Positions 9,581-18,810 of a stretch of DNA of 60,409 bases are shown one piece after another. A program made the translations under genes and the position numbers. Every line of letters starts with the position of its first letter. Positions within the stretch are counted from its first letter, which is position 1. Source of the stretch: an uncultured Muribaculaceae bacterium (GTDB lineage Bacteria; Bacteroidota; Bacteroidia; Bacteroidales; Muribaculaceae); the NCBI GenBank assembly GCA_910589095.1, contig CAJUSN010000001.1, positions 1 to 60,409 on the forward strand, in the 5' to 3' direction. The notes beneath the pieces are model-generated. The model did not search any database, was not told the origin of the DNA, and was given only the letters and a program-made list of their open reading frames with translations.

Positions 9581-10684
9581 ATGTCAATTTCAAAAATCAT
9601 AAAGAAGATTTTCGCGCCCGAACCGGAAGCCGCTGCAGGCATTGACGAGCCTCGCCGGAAAATGGACGGAATCAGCGATTCAGAAATAACTGTCAACGAG
9701 TTGCTCGCATCACTCCACGAGCATTTTCTTCGCACGGTCCACAAGCTCTCTTCCAAATACAACCTCCTGTATCACACCTCCTTCACCATTTACATCAAGG
9801 CCTCTAACTATAAGGAGATTTCCGACAGTCTTCCCTTCCTTGCCGAAGGAGCCGAAAAAATGTTGGTGGAAGAGATTAAAAATCAGATGAAGAAGGGCCA
9901 TGCAGGCCACAAACCACATTCGCAATACTGGCAGTTCCAGCTTGTGGAAATTCCGGCCGACGCCGAAATTGACGGTGTGAGCGAGGAAGAGATGCAGGAT
10001 GGCGTCCTGATACAGATCGATTCCACCCTGTTCCCGCCCATGGAAGGCGAAGATGAAGCACAACGTGAAGGGAACCGCATTGTCACCACGGTACATGGCG
10101 TAAATTCACTGCGCGCAATCAAGAATTGCATCAACCCTGACATTCTCAACAAGCTCTATCTCATAGAGACCGACCGCATTAAACTGAATCTTGTGCTTGA
10201 GGAAACCTCTCAATCCACGAGCGGATTCTCCGGAAGCATTCCTGTGCCTCCACCTCCCGTCAATCCGGTCCACGTCGGCGGAAAACAAAACACACCCGCG
10301 CCTCCTGCCGGAGCGCCTCAACAAAAACCGCTCTATTTCGCCACATTGGAAGCGCAGGACGGTGAATTCCTCGACGGGGCATCGAATAAAGTTATCCACA
10401 CGGTGGCAATCACCGCCGATGAAGTGGAGATAGCCGGACGCAGCTCCATGAGGGGTAAAGCCGGTGTTGAAGTAGTGAGGGTCAACAGTGACCGCATCAT
10501 GACACCACATGCCCGTATCCGACGCGATCCATCCACCGGACGTTTTGCCATATCCGCCATTGGTGATACTCGCCTGAACGGACGAACCCTGACACCTGAC
10601 CCCGAACGTTGGCTCCCTTTACCCAATAAATCTACCATCATCCTTGCCGACGGAGAAGTTCAGATTCGCTTTAAATCCGTGTGA
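9581..10684 (+). CDS. FHA domain-containing protein (N-terminal domain, Pro-rich linker, C-terminal FHA)
   Basis: C-terminal IAGR...IMTPHARI...TRLNG...TIILA FHA pattern; PVPPPPVNP linker. Confidence 0.75.
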   Translation: MSISKIIKKIFAPEPEAAAGIDEPRRKMDGISDSEITVNELLASLHEHFLRTVHKLSSKYNLLYHTSFTIYIKASNYKEISDSLPFLAEGAEKMLVEEIKNQMKKGHAGHKPHSQYWQFQLVEIPADAEIDGVSEEEMQDGVLIQIDSTLFPPMEGEDEAQREGNRIVTTVHGVNSLRAIKNCINPDILNKLYLIETDRIKLNLVLEETSQSTSGFSGSIPVPPPPVNPVHVGGKQNTPAPPAGAPQQKPLYFATLEAQDGEFLDGASNKVIHTVAITADEVEIAGRSSMRGKAGVEVVRVNSDRIMTPHARIRRDPSTGRFAISAIGDTRLNGRTLTPDPERWLPLPNKSTIILADGEVQIRFKSV

Positions 10685-10725
10685 CCGCTGCAACCACACT
10701 CTCAAATCCTTACCGCAAAATAATT

Positions 10726-10809
10726 ATGTGGAACATACCTTTCATTGCATGCCTCGTGCTGTTAGTCATATACCTCTGTGTAAGCCATTTTAAAAATCTA
10801 CCACGATGA
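10726..10809 (+). CDS. 27-aa putative single-pass membrane peptide MWNIPFIACLVLLVIYLCVSHFKNLPR
   Basis: ATG 10726 after A-rich AAAATAATT; its TGA (10807-10809) overlaps the PP2C ATG as ATGA; hydrophobic core with a basic tail. Confidence 0.5.
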   Translation: MWNIPFIACLVLLVIYLCVSHFKNLPR

Positions 10810-12083
10810 AAACCTCTCAGATAAGCGCAACATTTTTCGGAGCTACCGACACCGGCCGAGTGCGCACCAATAATGAAGATAATTTTATAGCATGCGAGCT
10901 TTGGGGCGGGTCACATCTGTTGCTGGCAGCCATTGACGGTATTGGAGGTTATGAGGGCGGGGAAGTTGCCGCACGCATAGCCCGCGATGTGATTATAGAG
11001 GAAACCACATCTCATCCGGGCGTGGATTGTCTGGAACTGCTGAAGCATGCGGTGACAAAAGCCAACAACGCAATTGTTGAGCACAAAAAAGCCGACCCTG
11101 ACCGATCTCGGATGGGGTGCGTGATCTCCTCCGCCATAATAGCACCCGACAAAATGAGAGTGTATATGGTTCATGTAGGCGACTCACGCCTCTACCAATA
11201 CACCGCCTCCGACGGCCTTAAGAAACTTAGCCATGACCATTCTTTGGTTGGCTATCGTGAAGAGATTGGCATGCTCACGGAAGAGCAGGCCATGCACCAT
11301 CCGCAGCGAAACATCATAGAACGTTCGCTTGGCGATGAATTGCACAATCCTGACGATCCGAACTTCCTTGATGCAGGCATTTTCCCTATATTCGAACCTA
11401 CGCAATACCTCTTTTGCTCCGACGGTCTGAGCGATATGCTGTATTCCGCTGAGATAGCCTCAGTACTGGCAACCGATGCCGATGCGCGCACCGAAGTCAC
11501 CCGACTCATCGACATGGCCAACGATGCCGGTGGTAAAGACAACATCACGGCAGTGATAGCAAAGGTTTCCATGCCTATAGTCAACACAACGCGCCCTGCC
11601 GGTGCTTCCGACGATATAACGGTTTTCGGGCGGCCATTACCTCCGGCCGACAACTCCGACGACATGATAGCGCCTGACACCGCCTCGCCCAAGGCTGTTC
11701 AAAATCAGCAGCCCTCCCCTGCAAAATCAGCCCCAAAAAAGAAGCTGACACTTAAACAGCTCAATGCTTTCATCGTAACCGTGGCCGCTTCATTTATTAT
11801 TGGTGGAACAGTCGGTTACTTCATAGGACACTATTCAGGCCGCGCCGATGCGGAAGCTGAATTCCTGGAAGCCAAGTCCATACCGGCCGACTCAGTGATA
11901 ACCGAGGGCAACCAACCGGCCGATACAATCGCTGATCCGCAGATGGTGGGTGAGCAAGTGGCCGACAGCCTCAACCGCCTGCAGGCCTCCAGAATTATGA
12001 ACGACACCGTTGCCACCGACGCGCACGCTGCCCCCGCAGCCGAGGCCGCGCGCAATGCCGTAAATAATAAGAATAATCCTTGA
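10806..12083 (+). CDS. PP2C/PPM family Ser/Thr phosphatase, membrane-anchored (PstP/PrpC-like)
   Basis: TDTGRVRTNNED, DGIGG, HVGDSRLY, SHDHS, CSDGL and GGKDNIT motifs; TM helix near 11764-11830. Confidence 0.92.
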   Translation: MKTSQISATFFGATDTGRVRTNNEDNFIACELWGGSHLLLAAIDGIGGYEGGEVAARIARDVIIEETTSHPGVDCLELLKHAVTKANNAIVEHKKADPDRSRMGCVISSAIIAPDKMRVYMVHVGDSRLYQYTASDGLKKLSHDHSLVGYREEIGMLTEEQAMHHPQRNIIERSLGDELHNPDDPNFLDAGIFPIFEPTQYLFCSDGLSDMLYSAEIASVLATDADARTEVTRLIDMANDAGGKDNITAVIAKVSMPIVNTTRPAGASDDITVFGRPLPPADNSDDMIAPDTASPKAVQNQQPSPAKSAPKKKLTLKQLNAFIVTVAASFIIGGTVGYFIGHYSGRADAEAEFLEAKSIPADSVITEGNQPADTIADPQMVGEQVADSLNRLQASRIMNDTVATDAHAAPAAEAARNAVNNKNNP

Positions 12084-12097
12084 CGCAATCTTTCGAC

Positions 12098-15000
12098 ATG
12101 AAACGCATATCACCCTATGTGAGTTATCTTCTCTGCGCCGCTATGTTCGTCATTGGCTGTTTCGCCATCAATGACAACTTCAAGGCTATGAGCAATGACG
12201 TGGAGGCTGACCTCGCTTCAGGACGGACTCTTTTGCTTTCCGGCGATCTGCCGGCCGATACACTTGAACAAATGCTTCTTTCGGCCGGATATATCGATGA
12301 TCCTGCCGACGCACAGCTTATCTCCCGTTGGGTCATTGAATGTAGCTTGAACGAATCCGGCAACCAACTGGAAAATCTTGGTACTTTGAACAGCCAAGCA
12401 TTCAAAATGCCTGCTGAGAAAGCTCTGAAGGAGGGCGGACAATCTTTGCGCACTCGCGTGGAAAACGATTACCTCATGCTCGGCATGGACGCTGACTGGC
12501 AGAAAGCCCGGTCCACCCAACTTTCATCAGATTTCGGCACCGGGCCAACGCTGATAAAAGCGCAAGTGGTAAACGCCAAATCCATACCAAACGCACCCCT
12601 AAGCGGCATAACCGTACGCCTCAGAGAGCACTATATCGACTCAATCGCTCCCGCCCGAAATCAGGGTAAGGTTGCTGAAAAGCAAGCCGTCAGAACCACC
12701 CGCACCCTGGGTTATGCAGTTACGGACGCCTCCGGACAGGCCCGCTTCCATGTGGAGCCTGGCAAAAGTTACAGTGTCGTTCCCATAGCTCCCGGATATC
12801 AATACGGCCGAGAAAAGGGCACCACAGCCACCGGAACGCTTGATTCTGATGGACTTAACCTTACGTTCCGTCAACAAACCCACGTACTAACGCCTTTCGA
12901 CAGTTACACTTACCAAGCCCTGAAATCTGACCGCGCACTCATTGTGCGCACCCCCGCCCAATTCAGAGATGGAATGGCAACCGGAGCTGCAATATACCTC
13001 GTAGGTTGGCTGGCATTTTTCCTGTTCCTGATTATGCGCGATGCCCGACTGGGCACCCGCACTGATTATATGCTTGCGTCCATCATCATGGTTCTGACAG
13101 GCATAGGGGTCTTAGCCATGTATGGTATGACCAATCCGGTAAACGACAAGACTTACGGCCTGGTCATGTCACAGGGTTTGATTATCGGACTCGTGGCCAT
13201 GGCATTGTTCTCATGCGTGAATCCTGCCAAATTCTTTGCAGGCAAGAGCAGACTGCAAGCCGGAGTGGTGCCTTTCGACCCGATTGATAGAATGTTGGCG
13301 CCAATCCGCAAGAAACGTTCGCTCTCCCGCACATCTGCATTCAGCTTCTCCAGCGGTTTCAGCTATCTGCTTCTGGCCGTAGGGCTGATACTTATGTTAG
13401 GCATTTTCGGCTCAGGTCCCGAAGGGAGCGATGCGCGCGTAAACCTGTTCGGGTTCCAGCCAAGTGAAGTGTGCAAATACTTCATCTTGGTGTTTGTGGC
13501 GGCATTTTTCGCTGAAAATGCAATGCTGCTACAAGCATTCTCCACCAAACTCACCACCCTTGCGGCTGTCAGAAAATTCGGCACCATAGGCATTGTTGTT
13601 GCAGTCATGATAGGGCTTATGATGCTTTATCTTATGGTGCTGAGCGATATGGGACCCGCTCTTGTGGTTCTTGTCACATTCATCCTTCTATATTCCATGG
13701 CGCGACGCGACTTTGCACAGTTGCTCCTCGGTTTGCTCTCATTCATTGGTCTTATGCTGGCAGCCCGCGCGTTCAATAACACACCCGCGACACTCCTCAC
13801 CGCGGCCCTCTTATGGTTTGCCGGATGGATTGCCTACGGATGGTTCACCAAGCGTCAGATCTATGAGAGTGCCATCATTGTCAATCTGCTTATTATTGTG
13901 TTTGCCCTCGGTGGCCCAATACTTCAGCTCATAGGAGCCGAGAGTGAGGCAGCCCGATTGACGAACCGCACTGAAATGGCTTGGGGTGGACAATGGGACA
14001 ACCACGTACTCGGAGGCGACCAGGTGGCACAAGGTATCTGGAGCGCGGCATCCGGAGGCGCCACCGGCATGGGGCTGGGCAACGGTTCTCCTTCGTTGGT
14101 TCCTGCATTCCACACTGACATGGCCATCACCTCCATTGGCGAAATGCTCGGCCTCACAGGCTTAGTGTTGGTCATTCTATGTTTTGTACTGCTCATACAC
14201 CGTTCGCTTCTCATTGGTCGCCGCGCCGGACAGCCTTTCACCATGTATCTTGTGATGGGCATAGCCTTGATTACAGGCGTGCAATTCCTGTTCATTGTTT
14301 TCGGCTCTCTCGGCATTATGCCCCTCACAGGCGTCACCGTCCCGTTCCTGAGCTACAGCCGTACCAGTCTCGTGGCCACAATGGCCGTGTTCGGTATCGT
14401 ACTCGCTGCCTCACGAACCCGCGCCACCGAGAGCCAGCTCAAATACGCAGGCTCATTCTCCGGTGCCATCGCAGCCAGCGTCCTGCTGTTCATCATCGGA
14501 GCTTTGGTCATCATTGGCACACTGGCCAACTATCAGATCGTCAATAAAGATGCCACCCTTATACGGCCAGCGTATATCACCAACACCATGGGAGCCCGTG
14601 TCATCGAGTACAATCCTCGTATCGGTCAAGTACTTGATCGCCTTGATGCCGGTAATATATATGACACCAACGGCGTGCTCCTTGCAACAAGTACTCCCGA
14701 TTCCATTCTTTCAGCATCATCCATCAAGAACTTGGCTGCCTTGGGCATTGATGTTGTCTCGCTTAAAAAAGAGGCTCATCGCCGTAAGGACCGTTATTAC
14801 ACCATGGGCAATCAAATGCTGTTCATGCTCGGCGATGCCGGATCTAAAAAGGTGTTGGGTTACAGCGACTATGATCCTATCGGTTTCATGGCCGAGGCGC
14901 GCTACGCCGGCGAACTGCGAGGGATCGACATACCCACAAAAGCCATCGAACTCACATCCTCCAACTATCGTGCCAACAGATTCATGCCAGGCGTTGACAC

Positions 15001-16300
15001 CACTTGGAAGCCGCGCGAACGGAACTATGCCAACATACTCCCCTTCCTTAACGACGGTCTATATGACAATCCCAAAATCAAGGAATTCAACTCGCGTCGC
15101 GAAGAACGCGACATGTATCTCACCGTCGATGCCCGTTTGCAAAAATCATTGCAGGATGCCATGGCACGCCACTTCCCATCGCCCGAGTTTCGCAATCTTG
15201 ACCGCCTCAGAGCCTCGGTTGTGGTGTTGAATGCCGCCACAGGCGATCTCCTGACCTCAGCCAACTATCCGGTGCCGGATCAAGACTCCATAGTGATGCT
15301 TGACAATATGAAACTGTGGGGCGACGCTCCATTTGAACGCATCAAGGGACACAAACCCATCACAGAGCGCGACTTAGGTCTGACATTCCAAACTCCCCCC
15401 GGCTCCACTGCAAAGGTGATGACTGCCCTGGCCGGACTCAAAAGCCTGGGCACGGCAGCAGCCTCCAAAACCTACAATGTGAAACTTGAAGAGGAAATCG
15501 AACGCAGCAGCCGGTTGACAGGCACCATGGACATGGAGAAAGCCATTGTACTCTCCTCCAACAATTATTTCATCCATCTGCTCCACGACCAGAATCTCTA
15601 CGGATCGCTGGGACAGATATATGAGGCCGTGGGCGCACGCCTGGTGGACAACAAAGGTGTGTCCGTACCGACCTATTTCTTCAACATGGACGAGCTCAAT
15701 AATTCAATCCCGTTCACCACTCTCCTTTCCGACATAGGCAGCCAAGGCCTCAACACCTACCGACGCGCCATCAACCCCAACAAGCGGGTGAAAGATATTC
15801 GCCTGTTATGGGCCCACAACGAGATGGCACTCGCCTGGGGACAAGGCGCTTTGCGCGCCACACCACTTATGATGGCCCGCGTGGCCTCAATTGTGGCCAA
15901 CGATGGCAAGCTTGTGCCTACACGCTACGTGAAACGCCTCGGCAACCGCACTACTCCCACCTCGGCTCCTGTCACAATAGTTGGCTCTGCAGAAGCCTCC
16001 ATCCTAAAAAAATACATGCAGGAAGAAAGTCAAAAATGGAGCGTTTTGCCCAATCATCCCGGCGATTCCCGGAGCATTGGTGGCAAGACAGGAACTCCTG
16101 AGCGCGCTGACCGTCGTGGCAACGCACACTGTAATGATGCTTGGTACATCTGCTTTATGTACAGCGAGAAACTCGGTGCGCCCATCGCAGTGGCCCTACG
16201 CGTCGAGCGCACTGTGGATGCAACCTCCACTTTGGCCGCTCACACCATGGGCACTTGTATTATCCCGGCTCTCAACAGTGCCGGCTACCAGATCCATTAA
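12098..16300 (+). CDS. SEDS (FtsW/RodA/SpoVE) glycosyltransferase fused to a class B PBP transpeptidase
   Basis: SEDS motifs FQPSE, SDMG, HTD and GIMPLTGVTVPFLSYS; PBP motifs STAK, SSN and KTGT; alternative TTG start at 12080. Confidence 0.88.
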   Translation: MKRISPYVSYLLCAAMFVIGCFAINDNFKAMSNDVEADLASGRTLLLSGDLPADTLEQMLLSAGYIDDPADAQLISRWVIECSLNESGNQLENLGTLNSQAFKMPAEKALKEGGQSLRTRVENDYLMLGMDADWQKARSTQLSSDFGTGPTLIKAQVVNAKSIPNAPLSGITVRLREHYIDSIAPARNQGKVAEKQAVRTTRTLGYAVTDASGQARFHVEPGKSYSVVPIAPGYQYGREKGTTATGTLDSDGLNLTFRQQTHVLTPFDSYTYQALKSDRALIVRTPAQFRDGMATGAAIYLVGWLAFFLFLIMRDARLGTRTDYMLASIIMVLTGIGVLAMYGMTNPVNDKTYGLVMSQGLIIGLVAMALFSCVNPAKFFAGKSRLQAGVVPFDPIDRMLAPIRKKRSLSRTSAFSFSSGFSYLLLAVGLILMLGIFGSGPEGSDARVNLFGFQPSEVCKYFILVFVAAFFAENAMLLQAFSTKLTTLAAVRKFGTIGIVVAVMIGLMMLYLMVLSDMGPALVVLVTFILLYSMARRDFAQLLLGLLSFIGLMLAARAFNNTPATLLTAALLWFAGWIAYGWFTKRQIYESAIIVNLLIIVFALGGPILQLIGAESEAARLTNRTEMAWGGQWDNHVLGGDQVAQGIWSAASGGATGMGLGNGSPSLVPAFHTDMAITSIGEMLGLTGLVLVILCFVLLIHRSLLIGRRAGQPFTMYLVMGIALITGVQFLFIVFGSLGIMPLTGVTVPFLSYSRTSLVATMAVFGIVLAASRTRATESQLKYAGSFSGAIAASVLLFIIGALVIIGTLANYQIVNKDATLIRPAYITNTMGARVIEYNPRIGQVLDRLDAGNIYDTNGVLLATSTPDSILSASSIKNLAALGIDVVSLKKEAHRRKDRYYTMGNQMLFMLGDAGSKKVLGYSDYDPIGFMAEARYAGELRGIDIPTKAIELTSSNYRANRFMPGVDTTWKPRERNYANILPFLNDGLYDNPKIKEFNSRREERDMYLTVDARLQKSLQDAMARHFPSPEFRNLDRLRASVVVLNAATGDLLTSANYPVPDQDSIVMLDNMKLWGDAPFERIKGHKPITERDLGLTFQTPPGSTAKVMTALAGLKSLGTAAASKTYNVKLEEEIERSSRLTGTMDMEKAIVLSSNNYFIHLLHDQNLYGSLGQIYEAVGARLVDNKGVSVPTYFFNMDELNNSIPFTTLLSDIGSQGLNTYRRAINPNKRVKDIRLLWAHNEMALAWGQGALRATPLMMARVASIVANDGKLVPTRYVKRLGNRTTPTSAPVTIVGSAEASILKKYMQEESQKWSVLPNHPGDSRSIGGKTGTPERADRRGNAHCNDAWYICFMYSEKLGAPIAVALRVERTVDATSTLAAHTMGTCIIPALNSAGYQIH

Positions 16301-16319
16301 TCCATCCATATTTTCCCAA

Positions 16320-17294
16320 ATGTCAGCATTTTTCAAAAACTTAGGACAAAAGATGGGCCGCCTGGCCGACCTCATAAATGGGACCGATTCTGATGACAGC
16401 ACCGCTGCAGCAGCTACGGAAACGCCCCAAACTCCCGCGGCGCAGGAACCGTCACCTGCTCCTCAGCAGAACACGGAGTCGCCTCGCCAACCTTTGGTTC
16501 AGCCAAAAGAGGAGGTGAAATCGGAAAGTGAACTGTTTGACAATGCAATTGACAAGCGAAACCGCGCCATACAGTACCTGAAAGAAGAGTTTAAATCGGC
16601 AACCGGTAGCACATCGGCTTCGCTGGCCTCACTCTACGTATATGTGATAGTCGATACGGAGGACTATGACGTGAAACGTTATGCCTGGGCCGATGACACA
16701 ATGAAGGAACAGCTCCGACTTGAACTTGACAATGCCATGCTTGAGAGCGTGGGAAAACGCACTCTTGAAATCCGTCCTATCACCAAGGAGAATCTCCCTG
16801 AACGCGCCAAAGAGGTGATTGCCGACACACTTTATTACTCCTTCCTTGCCGCTCCTAAGCGTCAAAGCCGAGTGAGAGGAAAAATCACGGTGGTGGAAGG
16901 TACAGGTTCACTTGCCAAGAATGAATACATTCTGGACTCTGACAAAAAGCAAGTGTACCACATTGGGCGCGGGCCAATGGCCAACAAGCCGGGTGCTTAT
17001 AGGCCAAACGACATTGTAGTACGTGACAATGACCCTGAAACCGAGCTGCAACAACGAAACAATCATGTGAGCTCGGCTCATGCCGATATCATAGCCTCCA
17101 ACGGACGTTTCTTCCTCAAAGCTCTCAAATGGGGATGTCGCCCCATGGGTGGCGCCTGCACCAAATTGATTTATGACGACACCGACCATGAGATTCGCGA
17201 CACGTCAATGCGTCATCCGCTCCACGACGGTTACGTTATTGAGCTGGGAAAGCAGGTTGTGCTCTTATATGAAAGTCTCTCCGAAGAAGATTGA
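16320..17294 (+). CDS. FHA domain-containing protein
   Basis: YHIGRG...NNHVSSAHADI...LHDGYVIELG FHA pattern; ATG 16320 lies just after the upstream stop at 16300. Confidence 0.78.
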   Translation: MSAFFKNLGQKMGRLADLINGTDSDDSTAAAATETPQTPAAQEPSPAPQQNTESPRQPLVQPKEEVKSESELFDNAIDKRNRAIQYLKEEFKSATGSTSASLASLYVYVIVDTEDYDVKRYAWADDTMKEQLRLELDNAMLESVGKRTLEIRPITKENLPERAKEVIADTLYYSFLAAPKRQSRVRGKITVVEGTGSLAKNEYILDSDKKQVYHIGRGPMANKPGAYRPNDIVVRDNDPETELQQRNNHVSSAHADIIASNGRFFLKALKWGCRPMGGACTKLIYDDTDHEIRDTSMRHPLHDGYVIELGKQVVLLYESLSEED

Positions 17295-17296
17295 TT

Positions 17297-18805
17297 ATGC
17301 CATTCACTCAAGAATACAAAAAATTACTCCTCATAGGTCGCGGCAGCTTCGCGGCTGTGTATAAAGTGCGCCACAAACAGCTGGGCTACATCCGTGCCAT
17401 CAAAATATCCAACGAGATGGTGGACAGCGAAAATGACAAAGCCTATCAAAGCTTCCTCAACGAGTGCCGGCTCTTATTGAAAATAGGCAACGGATGTCAC
17501 CCCAACATTGTCCACATCTATCAGCCAAGGCTCATAAACAACCATGCCATTGTGGAGATGGACTACATTGACGGCGTCACACTCACCGACTATGTGCGCA
17601 ACCACCGGTTCGTCCCGATGCATGAATTCTGGAACTTCGCCGAGGGAATTCTCGGTGCAGTGGGCTATTGCCATGCCGACCTTTACAAATTCCTAATGGA
17701 TCCCGATGAGGATAACCTTGAAACTGATCCCGACGATGGCGATAAATTCCTGATATCCCCACAGAAGGAGGCCGAATTGCGCAGAAAATATTGCGTGAAT
17801 CACAACGACCTCCACTCCAACAATATAATGCGGCGTAATTACGATGGCAGCTACATTCTGCTGGATTTCGGCTTGGCCATACAGCAGAAACACTGCGTAA
17901 AAAGCAGCTCTCGCGGCGACGGTGCCTATGAATATTCATCGCCCGAAAAACTCGACGGCAAGGAAGTAACTCCCGCCTCCGACGTTTACAGCCTTGGTGT
18001 GCTGATGTATGAGATGCTGGCAGGCCAAGTTCCTTTCGTCATGGGAACATCCGGTTCAATGGCAGATATAAGCCGCATATATGACCGTCAGCTGCATGAA
18101 ATGCCGGCCCCGATAGAGCCACTGCGCCGGGCGGCTTTTGAAGCTGCCAACCCGGGTGAAAGCTACGTCAAGGACTACCCCGAAGAGCTTGAGCAGGTTA
18201 TCATGCGGTGTCTTGAAAAAGACCCGGCCGCCCGTTTCACTCATGCCAAGGATGCTCTTGAAGCATTGCGTGCGGCAAAAGCCATGCACACACCTGTCGA
18301 TGCATCGGCCGAATCAACAATTGAAGCGCTACGTGCCGATATCCGCAGGCTTGAACATGAACTCAGCGAGCTTCGCGGCCATGCCACCCCCATCGGTAGC
18401 AGCATGTCAGGTTCCGCTGTCACCCCAATCGGTAGCATTGTCAATGGATATCCGGTGTGCATCACAGATCCCTCCGGGCTTCACGGCCAAGTCATTGCGG
18501 CGCGGAGTGCCCAACCGCTTCGCCCCCTGCGGGTAGTGGCGGAGGAGGACTACGATAACTTTACGCTCCAGTCAAAAATATGGTATAAGGAAAATGCTTT
18601 CATCATACCTCGCGGTTCCCACCTCCCCTCGCTTGAGGAGTTGAGACTGATGGCACCACATGCCGATACCCTCGGGATACACTCACCTGTGTGGCTGGCA
18701 CATGCTCCAGGCGAACAGCCTCAAGCGTTCGATTCCGCCACCGGCAGAATTATTCCCGCTGATGCCTCCGGCAATTCCCTTTTTATCTCGCTCAAAGCCT
18801 TCTGA
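17297..18805 (+). CDS. Hanks-type Ser/Thr protein kinase (soluble, non-RD)
   Basis: IGRGSFAAVY, AIK, HPNIV, HNDLHSNN, DFG, SPE, DVYSLG and KDPAARF motifs; coiled-coil after the kinase domain. Confidence 0.92.
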   Translation: MPFTQEYKKLLLIGRGSFAAVYKVRHKQLGYIRAIKISNEMVDSENDKAYQSFLNECRLLLKIGNGCHPNIVHIYQPRLINNHAIVEMDYIDGVTLTDYVRNHRFVPMHEFWNFAEGILGAVGYCHADLYKFLMDPDEDNLETDPDDGDKFLISPQKEAELRRKYCVNHNDLHSNNIMRRNYDGSYILLDFGLAIQQKHCVKSSSRGDGAYEYSSPEKLDGKEVTPASDVYSLGVLMYEMLAGQVPFVMGTSGSMADISRIYDRQLHEMPAPIEPLRRAAFEAANPGESYVKDYPEELEQVIMRCLEKDPAARFTHAKDALEALRAAKAMHTPVDASAESTIEALRADIRRLEHELSELRGHATPIGSSMSGSAVTPIGSIVNGYPVCITDPSGLHGQVIAARSAQPLRPLRVVAEEDYDNFTLQSKIWYKENAFIIPRGSHLPSLEELRLMAPHADTLGIHSPVWLAHAPGEQPQAFDSATGRIIPADASGNSLFISLKAF

Positions 18806-18810
18806 CTCTG

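Noticed and set aside
14463..15230. 255-aa alternate-frame ORF inside the SEDS-PBP gene
   Set aside because: Ser/Pro/Thr-rich shadow frame produced by codon bias; no recognisable motifs.
16077..16319. N-terminal extension of the FHA2 ORF overlapping the PBP gene
   Set aside because: It overlaps the conserved KTG region in another frame; ATG 16320 just after the PBP stop is the plausible start.
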